Origin: Dimargaris cristalligena
Lineage: Eukaryota
Direction: 5' to 3'
DNA length: 64,000 nucleotides
Assembly: GCA_003614675.1 (NCBI GenBank)
Contig: ML002211.1
Location: 1-64,000 of the forward strand
Below, piece after piece: positions 24,168 through 35,780 of this stretch. Every line of letters begins with the position of its first letter. Within the stretch, counting starts at the first letter, position 1. The position numbers were made by a program, and so were the translations under genes. Below the pieces are notes generated by a model that saw nothing but the letters and a program-made list of their open reading frames with translations, ran no database searches and was not told where the DNA came from.

Positions 24168-27100
24168 TGTGGTTGTGAAAAGGGAAATGTAAGCGAGATT
24201 GGTGGACTGGCAATTCAGAAAACGGGTTAGGAAATAGGAAAGAGGAAGCGGTTAGAGGGCTAGTGGTACAGAAATGACGATTATATTTCGAGGCGGGATG
24301 TGTGTGGGAGTGAGAGGGGAAACACAATATATCAAGGAAACCCTTGTTGCAACCCACTAGACCATTGGCGAATACAGTCAACAAGTGGCGGAGGAGGGAG
24401 GTTGGCGCCATGCAGTGATATCCTTGGATTAACGCGTGATAAAAACACAGAGCGGCCAACAACTATCCCCTCCTTCCCCAGCCCGAGTCTGCGATTGACC
24501 AAGATGATGCAGTTGTTGGAGGGCTGATAAAAAAGCGGCGGTATGAAACGCATCTTTCTTGTGAGGTAGAAGTTCGACTCACCTGTTACAAATAAGAAAT
24601 ATCCGCCGATAAACGGGATGCGCGCAAACTAAGCAGTGGCGACGATGAAGGGTCTCTGAGTAGAGCTGGTGAAGGGAGTGTCTAATTGAAGCGGCCCGAA
24701 GAAAGGATCAAAACGATTTTTGATTGGAGAAAGAAAGAGAAGAATGGGGAGAAGTGTAGAGGAGGACTTGGTTAAAAGCAAATTGAGACGGGGACCGGCA
24801 ACAATGGAGACGAAGGAAAAACCGAGTAGCAGAGGGAGGGAGGGTGTCTAAAGGGTAGGCAAAGGTAGTATAAAGTAAGGTGGGCCAAGACCGGCGATGA
24901 CCCGCCATTTATATGACATCGGATTGACCAAGTGCATTTAATCACCACCCAAAGGGAACCAGCGTAGGAGGGCTGCGATTGGCTGACCCAAACCAAACTC
25001 CGCGCGCCCTGCCCCAGTAATGCATACAACCACCGGGGCCTATACATTCACGGTCCCCCCATGGGCGTTGGGGCACAACCTGCAGCTAGGGCTATATTAC
25101 ACCCCCTCCCACTTTGTGGATGTGGGGTAATGGCCAGAGTGGGGAGATAAGTCATCCCCCCCCTACACATATACACACACACACACATACACACTTCCCG
25201 GCCTCTCCAAGGCAAGAAGACGACCATAGCGCAGAGGTGATTCAGCGTACGCAATGTTTGGAACACAGCCAAGATGGCCCAATCAAGGTCTGCAGTCATA
25301 TTCTTTAACACTCTTCCAGTTCCACCCCGGCCCCATTTGCGCTTGAAAATGACTGGGCCTTATAGAATGGCTAAGCAGAAAAAAAAAAGGAAAGGAAAGG
25401 AAGGAAAGGTCATAAAACCATCGAACTGTACCCATCGGGGGCTATTGTTCACCATTGACCAAGGCTGTTCAGTTCCTTCTCCCTCCCCCGCTTCACTGTT
25501 GAAACGGTACAACAACAACAGTATCTCTCTTTCGCTACTCCCCCACTGCGATTTTTATGATTTGCCTTGCGACGTTACACGCCACGGCGAATCCAGCCCG
25601 GTTGGCCTCTCCAAGGCACTGCCGAATCCTTCCCGCTGCGAAAATATTATTCGAGAGGCCCGAATGATTCCGGCAATTGGATTTCTCAACTACACCGGTC
25701 CATTTCGGGCGAGCCAACGGGGGGCTCCTGGTCTGGCTGGGGGTTCCCCTCCCCTTGGCGCCGCCCGTATCTCCCCCCTGGCCGATGGTGGTTACCACGG
25801 TCTCGTCCGGGGGCTGAATGGCCCTCCCCGTTGCAATAGAATACTGGTCATATTATCATTTTCTCTCAATCTTTCTCCTTCTCCCGCTTTCCATCTCCCA
25901 CTCCCCACCACCGGATCATACAGCTAGACCGGCTTATTCGCACCACTCTGAGCTCCTGGTATCCCTAGTGATTATAGCTTCAAAAAATTGTCGCCAAAAG
26001 TGAACACTTCATAATCGGTATTTTAGCCGTTTCTCTATAACCCTAACTAAGTTATTCAATCTGAACCTGAAAAGGGCGAGAGTGTGGTCGATACAGCAGG
26101 TTCTGCCGATGCACTACCGATAGCCCGGCCTATTTTAAGCCCAGGGGGGCTGGAATTCAGCCGGTCCGCGACGCGTTCAGTGGCCCTGGTCATCAAGGGG
26201 CCGGTCGCCCAGGGGTGCTGCCAATCCCCACTTGGCCGTATATTAATTTAGAAGAGACCTTCTCTCTCGAACATATATATCATCGGAAACAGTATAATAT
26301 CAACAACGCGACCCACAGTGTCGGGGTGTAAATCAACTTCCAGGTACCAATTGGGACGCGTTCGCATGTAGCCAATGGCACCGACTAATTTTTGACAGCT
26401 TGTTAATGGGGGGCCGTTCACTCTGGTAGATGGATGGGTCTACAAGCGGACTCTTCCCCTCCTCGCCCCGTACACTAATATAGTCAACAGTCACGTGGCT
26501 GCTGTTATATATTTTTTGGGGGCGGAGTGGGAGGAAGAGGATAAGATGGAGGAGGTCCGTTCGCCTACTATTAGTATGCCAGCCATTGCCGCACAACTCA
26601 TCAAAAGTCCACCAAAGCAAAGCAGAAATAGGCTGGCGTATCCTCCAATCACCCAACCCAAATTTGTGAAGGTCCCTCGAGTCGTAGACCTTCCCAAATT
26701 CCTGAAAAACGCGCCTTCCTAATGATGATGGAGTCGGTCATCTGAGCCAGATTAAATCCATTGTTCTCGTAGTTCCTTGGGTTCAGGGGCAACCCAACCG
26801 GGTAACAGCCAACACTCCCTACCCTGGTCAATTACCATTATCCCCTTCGCAATCTACACCTACTTCTGACAGCACACTGCAAACACACCGGGGGTTAGAA
26901 ACAGAGAGAGACTGTGGAGGTGAAGGTGTGGGGGGTGAAGGGACGCCTATGCACCTCGGACACTTGACATCGCAGTGCTTGCCCTATTGCTTTAGTTCCT
27001 TAACCCTCTCCCTTGCGTCGACTCCGGGTGTTTACAGTAGTGAGTGAGAAGGGGTTTCATTCCCCTTGAGCCTCCCTGCCGTTGGACCTGAATTTGGATA

Positions 27101-30100
27101 CAATCATATATGTAGGGCCTCTTTCACAGTCACGTCATTGCCACCCGGCAGGAGGGTGGCCGGTCCATTGAGAAAGTCCGATTATCGGAGAGGGAGGGGG
27201 AGGGTCTATTATTGTCAGGCGTGGCCCTGCACTAAATCCCCTCCAATGCCTAAACCCTGGGGGTGGCCAGTCGGGCCTGCACCCCAATGTGCTAAAATGA
27301 ACCCTTCGCACTGACTCAGCCCTGGCGATCTATTCGGCCATTAGTGCGCGGTTGCGCCCCGTAGTGGCTGGATCCGGCCTACATCGTGGCAGTGCTCAAC
27401 GAGGAAACGGGTTTCAACCCCCGCCTTTTTGGATTGGGCCCACCGACGGGGTTTATCGCCATCCCGCCGTCCGGGGGATTGCCGGTCTTCCGGGAGATGG
27501 GTATTGCTACAGTAGGGCACCTTCCGTACTTCAGGCCCATTGCATACTACCAGTATAAAAACCCGCCATAGTGACCGCCCGTAGCAATGGGCATCATCCC
27601 ATTTGGTTGGGTCACTCCTGGAGGGTTCTATTGGGGTAATATCACCGACCCTAATTACTTATATCTGGATTCAGTTGGATAGTCTGCATCACCCCCCCAC
27701 CGCCTCTCCCTTTCTCACACTGTCCTGATTTTCCTCCCCCATCTAGCCCTGCTAGGTTTACCTTCATTAACCCCGCACGGTCTAGCTATTGTCGTTTGGG
27801 CTGGGAATTCAATGGACATCTGGGCTGACTACATTTCGCTTCACGGGACTCGGTGGCCAAGTCAGCTGGTCTTTCTCACCTTCATGTCTATTTTCACTCG
27901 GTAGGGGTGTTCCCCGCTATTCCACCCGTAATCCAATTTCTTACCACGGCCCCCAATTGACCCGAACCTTCGGTCGGGTTCTAAAGTCGGCACCATGGCC
28001 CATCCAACAATCACCTACCTATTTTTATATTATTATCAGCGTGGGGCACTACGTAGTATACGTATATTTACATATTCATTAACCTAGTCGCCGGTACCCC
28101 AATCTTCGCACATTTAGGGTTGGTGATTTGTTTTGTGACCGAGTCACGGTCTTCCGTTGAATATCTCAGGTTGATTAGATTTCTACGTTTACCAAAACAG
28201 CCCCGCCCCTTCATTGTGCAAATCAATTACACCGCCGCTTTTTCTTTTTGGCCCGCCTTTAGTTATTCAAGCGGAGGAATCCGCACTATGAATTTTTTTG
28301 AATGAGAAGGTTGAGTGAGTGGAATTTTGCAGCCTTGTGAAATCTTTTTTTTTCCAACAAGCCGCGGATACGCCAAATGGTCGCGTTCCACAATGTCGAT
28401 CTATTTCGGTTGACTCGACCAAATGTGGTCCATTCAGCCTCTACTCCCGCCAAATGACACGCTGGTTAACATTGGTTAATGTACCACCAAGACGTCGGAA
28501 AAGTTCATGGAAATTGGTCCAGCACGAACTGTATTGATGAGAGTAACCTTGGCATTCGGTGTAACCTAATGACTTGACACCAGTAAATTTATTGCACCTC
28601 TTGCAATTTCTACAGGCCACCTTTAAAGACGTGATTTCTATTAGTAGATTGGTGTGAAAATCCGTGGATTATTATTTTTGCAATGTCTTAATCTGGCCGA
28701 GTGACGATTTATCATCGCTTACTTCATACAACCGGATCAATGATTGGGAAAGGCGGGTTTCGCTTCCCTTAGCTACTGGCCGCCTCCCCAATTTCGTAAC
28801 AAAGCATGACGGGCTAGAGGAATTCACGCGGGTAGTCAGCCCCAACGCTGAGTGCAGGGCGGCATATCTTCTCACTAACTTCCAGGCGACGCAGCACTTT
28901 TGTTTACAGTTCGTCCTACAAATAGTTTCATGGCTCATGGTTATAACTTGGTGAGAAGCACTGATGGTAGGGTGCGCGTGAAACAGCCAAGTCCAGTGAT
29001 GGGTGTGGTGGCGGTTTGGAGAAGACAGCAGGGGATGATGGTTGGGGGAAGAAGGCAGCCGGCCTTAATTCCATTTCAGAGGTCGCAGACTCGCCACTGT
29101 TGGAGCCGAAGCGTTGGGGATAGCGATACCCATCTGGCCATCGGGAATACCACCCAAAATAATTCGGCTGGACTATAATGCCCAAGATTAGGGAGTGGAA
29201 GGTGTATTTTTAAAGAGGTGATTATTAGTCATCTCAGCGAATTACCCAGGTCAGCTGGTTAATACACCCTCTCCGGGTCCCAAAGAGGTAACATACCTGC
29301 CTGCATTTAGGCGCAGATTACCCACACTTCGCCAGTCCTTTGATCGCTCTGGCGAGTCCCTACCTGCTTAAACATTTCACATAACTATCGAAGTATCAAT
29401 TTTGGTATGGCGATGTCTTCTAATAGAGGCCCCGGATTAGCTACGTCGGTGTTTGCGGCGGAACCGGTCATTGGGCCCATGTACACGAACATGTGCAGTT
29501 CTTTCACCCGTTCATTATTCTGGAAAGTTCCTACCGCGTTGTCAATGGTATTGTAATCAGCTTATCGCCAAGTATTCGGGCAAAATAGCAATGCAATAGC
29601 CGAAAAGTTCGCGGGGGCACCATGCGGTCTACTGTACCACAATGGCCATATACCACTCGGCTCAATGACTCACCAATACCTGAAAGTACATCCCCAACCC
29701 AACCCAGACCCCCCTTCCTTAGATCCACCCCTATACGAAGTGACTGGCATAATCTAATTATAATATACGCCGTTTTCGTAGTACTTGTTTTTGCCATACC
29801 TCCTCATAGACCTCATGACAGTGGGCAATGGGCGGCGGTTTCAGTGGATCGCTGACTATTGTCATGTACGTAGTCTCAAACATGGACATGGCCAAAGATT
29901 GGGAAGTTCGTTCATAATCAATTAATTTGGTTAGACCGCGCCCGCCAACCGTAATTGGGCGGCTGGACCCGCCCCATGGTCGGATTAATGATCGAAATAG
30001 CGAAGATTCGTCTCCAATATACTGTTCAATCTGTACAGATCGTGTCAACGGGCCACCTGGTCAAAATTTTGCCCCCCTCCGTACAAAGCTACTAACCTAA

Positions 30101-33100
30101 TACCTACGTCAATCTTCCAGTTCCCAAAGTATATTTTCGGCAATCAGTGCCATAAAATTCGGGATATATAACTGCGCCGTCTACTAGTTATGCATGCCTT
30201 GTTCGAGGGCATGCTACCCACGGTCAACGACACCGAGCTTAGTGAGCACAAAATGTAATTGTGACAGATTAAGCTGCAGGACTCCGGTTAACCATGTATA
30301 TGGTTTTAATAGGACTAGCTTCGTCACTATACAAAGAGATACCGTGTAATGGTGGTAAATAAACTACTCGCTTAGGAATCACCCAATCAAGCTGACGCTA
30401 TTTTCTAAGTATACACACCCGCTTTTCAGGGAAAACTACCCACTCTTGTTGATTAAGGGTTAGGTCCCGTGAATTTAATTAATTGTTTACTGGAATCATA
30501 TTATATGACTACTGAACTCTATAGAATCACCCAAGAGCGGTATAGCTGGATAAGTTGTCAGCTATACCATATGTAACCAGACACTGTGATGTAAAGTCTC
30601 AATATACCACACTAATCTTGGTCCGAGAAATTGAGTAGAGGGTTGACGTACGCACAGGAGAAAACGTGGTCGGGAATTAGAATCCAAACACACTCAATTG
30701 TATAGAGGGGTTTTCCAGGTAGTCAAAACATCATTAATTTCTGTGTATAGCCTGTGATGGCGTGTAGTATATAGTATATTTTTACAATGAATTGATGATC
30801 ATTTACGATTTCTTAGGTGCAGCACTTCAATCTTATCGTATTATACAGAAATAGCGTGATGCTTCTGAGCAACTTTGTTCATGTTAACATTCTCAAGACA
30901 AAATGAACAGATAATATTGCATTGTTATTTCTAGTTTGAATAGTCCAGATATATCTCCAGTGTAGCAGTTTGTGTTTGGACCCCTACATTAAAATTATAG
31001 GGAATTCCTCGTTTTTCAAAGAGCCATAATTGACAGTTGTCTTTGTCATCTATACCACTATGCCTACTCTTAGCACCCTGTTTATAGGTAATTTTGACTT
31101 CTGATACTACTTTTAATAGAATATATCAGCTGATGAGTAGTATATATACCGTCGCTAGTCTGTTATTACAGTATTTGAATATATTTTTTGACAGCGGCAT
31201 TGTAGTAGGACATATAGTTAACAACTCATAAGGTGCGATTTAAGTGAGAATAGTTTAGATGACAGTGATTTATATCTTGAGAGAAAATATAATGTTACTA
31301 TCGGTACTGGAGGATACATGTTGGTCCATGGGGTATGTTCTTACGTATATTTATTCCTTAATAAACGAAGGTGTATCTCAAAGATGATGCCCTACAGGCT
31401 TTGAACGAGAGATATGTATCCACTACCTGGCATTATAATGGCAGACCGGCTAATAGTTAATAAGGTCGGCTAATCAATGGTTTACTGATGATATCGACAG
31501 TGTCTACTTATAGTATATATGGAGTACTATATAGCCATGTATTATGATGTTGGAGTTAGTAGATTCGGTCAAATCTAAACATCCATTCTTAAATGTACTA
31601 AGAAGGAACCTTATGGACGTACTGGCGTCATTCTATAACTTAATCTTCCAGCCAAATTACAGTTCGACTCGTAAGCTTCATAGTTGCTATAATTATATTA
31701 AGGACGGGGTTTTATACCAGATTGATGGGAGGAATGGTAGATACGGAAACATGTCTTGATATTATATTTAATCTAGCAGGAAGACCTCTGCGAAAAATGG
31801 TTGACACTATTACTAGAAGATCCCTCATTTAACATGCTACTACATGGTGCCTCTTATAAGGCCACGCTATGGTTCTCTCCGTAGTCCTATTTGTGAACTT
31901 TGCCCAGGTTTTACCAACATTGAACGCCCAAGAGTACATTTATTCTATTTCTGAGCTGATTCCCAAGCTTCCGTGTTTTTCATTAGCCCGCCCCGACTGT
32001 TTTATGTTGATCAATCCTACTGATATCCTACCCCTACCATCATCATTTTAAGGCAGTATCGTCAAAGGTTTAATTATTGACAAATACCCTGGCTGGTCAA
32101 TAATGGAGGAAGGGTAAATAGGTATTTTCATTAATAGTGATATTGCATAAATATTTAATGTGAAAGGGGGTTATCAAATTATTAAAATACCCTGTAAAAA
32201 TTAATTGAGGGACGATACACCCAGTATACCGACCCTGCATTCTGCATACAAATATTGACTATGAAATCAGTATATTTGTGGATCCACCGCCAGCCATGGT
32301 GTATATAGAACTATATGTATTGGTCAATGCGGTAACTATTATATTACAATGGTGATCTTCAGGTACTTCGTATACCGCGATTAACGCGGTAAATCCGGGA
32401 TATGTCCAGAATTTACCTACTACGTTAGGCACAGCTTGCCTTTTTACTTCACTTAGGGGGGATAGTTCTATAAACGGAACTGTAAAGGATCTGGTGTATA
32501 AACATAATATTATAATATAAGGTGGGAGAAGATTACGTATGTGAAATAAGATGATATTTAACCCCGATCCTCGGTTATTTCGGTAATAGTGTACCAATGT
32601 CTGGGACTATAATACTAATTCGAATATTAGTCTAGGATATACGAGGGTATAGTCAACCAGCTCACGCTATAGATGAACGTAAAGCTTATCTTATAGGCAA
32701 TATCATCACCCTATTATTTCGTTGACTTGATTAGTATATTAGAATGGGGAGGGTCAATTTCGAACGGGAGAATTATAGGGGTGCATCGTAAGTCATTCTT
32801 TTGCCGTCCTTGTCCCGGTTTTTGGGTGTATAGTATAGTAAGTGATACACGCGTCATATTAGATGGGTAACGGGTACACAGAATGAGGGATGCTCACTAT
32901 ATTTAAATGTAGATGAGGTTTAAAGTACCTCCCCCCAGTCCGTATGGAGCAGGATAGATAAAGCAGGCCAAGTTTTTGGCTGAAGGAATGCGAGTTCGGC
33001 TTATTATTGTCATTGTTGTTGACGATTATGATTATGTTTATTTTTGAAGGAAGGGGAGGGGCTTCTAGGAACCCCCATACTATTCTTATTAGAGGATTTA

Positions 33101-34712
33101 CGTTGGTTTATCAGTGAATTGAAGTATGGATAGGGGAAGCCTCGGAGTAAGACTGGTTTTGGAAGCTTTGCCTTTGATTATAGCGATAGTCTAATGCCCC
33201 TGATCAGAAAAAGCGGGGCCAATGTGCTATTCAATTCGTATACTGTGTAGGTCTGTCCCGTGGAATAATATATATGGTTACAATTTGAAGTCGGGAATAT
33301 TTTAAAGAGCCCCCTAAACTAGTGATTGGGCTACGGGGGGAGGAGACTCGGGTCCCACGCCGAAGGAACTGGAAGGGGGTGTGGAACTCCGTAGGACTAT
33401 TTATATAGATTGGTGGAGAGGGTCAGAACTTCTTGGTGTAGACTAACCACCTCACCCTCGCCCATGGCTTCCTAACCCATTTCGTCTTGGGGTAGATTCT
33501 TTTGGACCGGGGGAGAGAGAAAGAGCCAGGTTGGTTGGTGTATGCTATGTGGACAAGGGGATCAATTGGAGTATATGCCATTCGGACAAGGGGAGAGGGC
33601 CCAGAATGGCAGGGTCTTCAGGGCCGCATGGGCAGCACCGATCCCCTAGGAGTGCAGCATAATGGGTGGGCATAGTAAATTCCCACACTCCTTCCCAGTG
33701 GGTGGGAGGAGTGTATGCGCCAGTAGGACCATCGTATAGTTATATACTGTAAGGACCCAGGTGGAGAGGGGAAGAGTAAGGGGCGCGACCCAAATAAAAT
33801 AAGATAAAATAGCGCGGGCATGATGTTTGTGTCTTTCTGGGCAAGACCTATGTAAACACCAACATGTGGGGTTCCTTTTAGTTTGGAAAGTTCTGGTTGG
33901 CGCGGGTGGGATATTTTTTAAATCCTTGGGACATTTAGGTAGAACCGTACAGTGGTATTACAATTAGTTATATTTATATAGAGCAGACCCGCACCAACAC
34001 CTCTTTGGCTATAGAATATAGGATATGGTTGGATGAGGAGGAAAGTGTGGGCAAAGACGAGGAGGAGAAAGAGAGAAAGAAAGAAAGGGCCCGACCCCTC
34101 TGGCTGCGGTGATTGGCCCCTCGGGTGGGGCCAGGTGATCAGCGCCCACCCAGTCAGCGGATGGCACAGCGGTGTGGGTGTATGCGTGTGTGCAACCCGC
34201 CCCACTATTGCCCCTTGGCCATACAATTGAATCCTATATATTTATACTACCAGCCCTCCTCGACCCGCGCGCATCGTCATATTATACCCTTTTCCCTCTC
34301 CTATTCTATTGTTTTTCCTACTCTTCCCTATTATTAACATCGCCGCGCGCCCTCTCTCACCCGCCTCCTCTTCTTCCTGTTGGCCCGTTCCATCATTCCA
34401 TTGACCCAGTGAGTGTAGAGCAGTGGAGAAACTGGTCCACCCACACCCGTCTCCCCCCCTCTCCTTCTCCTTTATTACTTCCCCCCCAGCCAATTCAATT
34501 TACCGCGTCCCTGCTGTATCCTTTTTATTACTCTATACTTCTTATTTAGGTCCTTTCATTTTTATATACGCGTTTCTTCTTTTCCCGGGTTTAAATTATA
34601 TTCTTCTATTATAATACTAAACTATTCTTGGCTTTTGATTGGGACTGTTGTTGTATACTTTACCTATTCTACCCTACACTGTGCCCTGCATAATACTCCG
34701 CTGTATCACTGC

Positions 34713-34773
34713 TACTACCACCACCACCACCACCACCACCACCACCACTACTACCACTGCTACTACTACTACT
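34713..34773 (+). repeat. Compound (CAC)n/(TAC)n microsatellite upstream of the HMG-box gene
   Basis: tactaccaccaccaccaccaccaccaccaccaccactactaccactgctactactactact. Confidence 0.85.
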
Positions 34774-35780
34774 GTGTCCGTCATACTCAGCAACCCTCGC
34801 CCTTGGCCCTCCTCTTCTTCGCACTATCGCCGTCTCCACGACGTGTCATTTTTACTATTATCAAAGGTAAGCTAATTACTATACCTCATAACCTAACCTC
34901 CTCCCCGCTTTATCCCCCCAGCCCCTAGCCATGATGTTGTGGCCTGCTCCAGCCTACCGCATAGAGGCAGCTGCCCCCAACCGAGCATTGCCCAAAATTA
35001 ATCCTCGCCTCCTCTACCCCATCCCACACTGGCCGGGGTACCACGAATCCGACTTGCATGGGGGGGTGGGTGTATGCATGCATATGGGGCAGGCCTGTTT
35101 ATCAGGGTTTACTACAGTGTATGCTCCCCCTTCTTTCTCCGGCTGACCCCGTTCGTTACTACTACTTTCAATTATCCGGCACCAATCACTGGGGGTTTGA
35201 CGTGTCTGGTCTCGGCGTGGTTCGGACACACGTCTGGTCAAAAAAGGCTCACTCCCTAAACGCGGATGGGGGGAACTATAGAGAGTGTATTCAAATGAGA
35301 CCGTGTCAATTAAGCCACTCCCCCGAGTGTGTAGTTTATAGAGAGCTGCCTGCCGCCGACTCACTCTGCCCATGGCGGTTTACAACCCTGCCCTTATCAA
35401 ACTACTTTCTAACCACACATTATCATTATTGTTATTTTGGACCGTAATCGGCGCCTCCTACATAGTATAATATCGCTCGGACATCGTTAGGTTCCGCCGT
35501 CCACATCGAATCCCGATCCCAGTCCCTGCCTATAAGATACCGGTTTTTCACCGTATCCGTGATTGCCCGATTCCGATCACTCTTGTTGTTATCCGCAGTC
35601 CCTCCGAGTGACCTTTGAATCCTTATTATCCAAAAATAGAATTTAACATCCGGGATATCGCCGGAATAGATTGCCTAAGGTTCCCCCGTTCTCGGGTATC
35701 TATTGTCCTCTCAAACACCCCCGCACCCCGTTTCTGTCCCGCACAATCCATTATTAACCAACGTGGCCTTGCCCCATTCC

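Noticed and set aside
25274-25927. 217-aa ORF on + strand
   Set aside because: Runs through poly-A and simple-sequence tracts, no codon bias or domain signature.
30539-30568. 10-bp perfect inverted repeat GGTATAGCTG/CAGCTATACC
   Set aside because: Isolated; not distinguishable from chance without conservation data.
31544-31759. Short ORF containing YIKDGVLY, reminiscent of retrotransposon pol linker
   Set aside because: Single short motif with no RT, RNase H, integrase or LTR evidence nearby.
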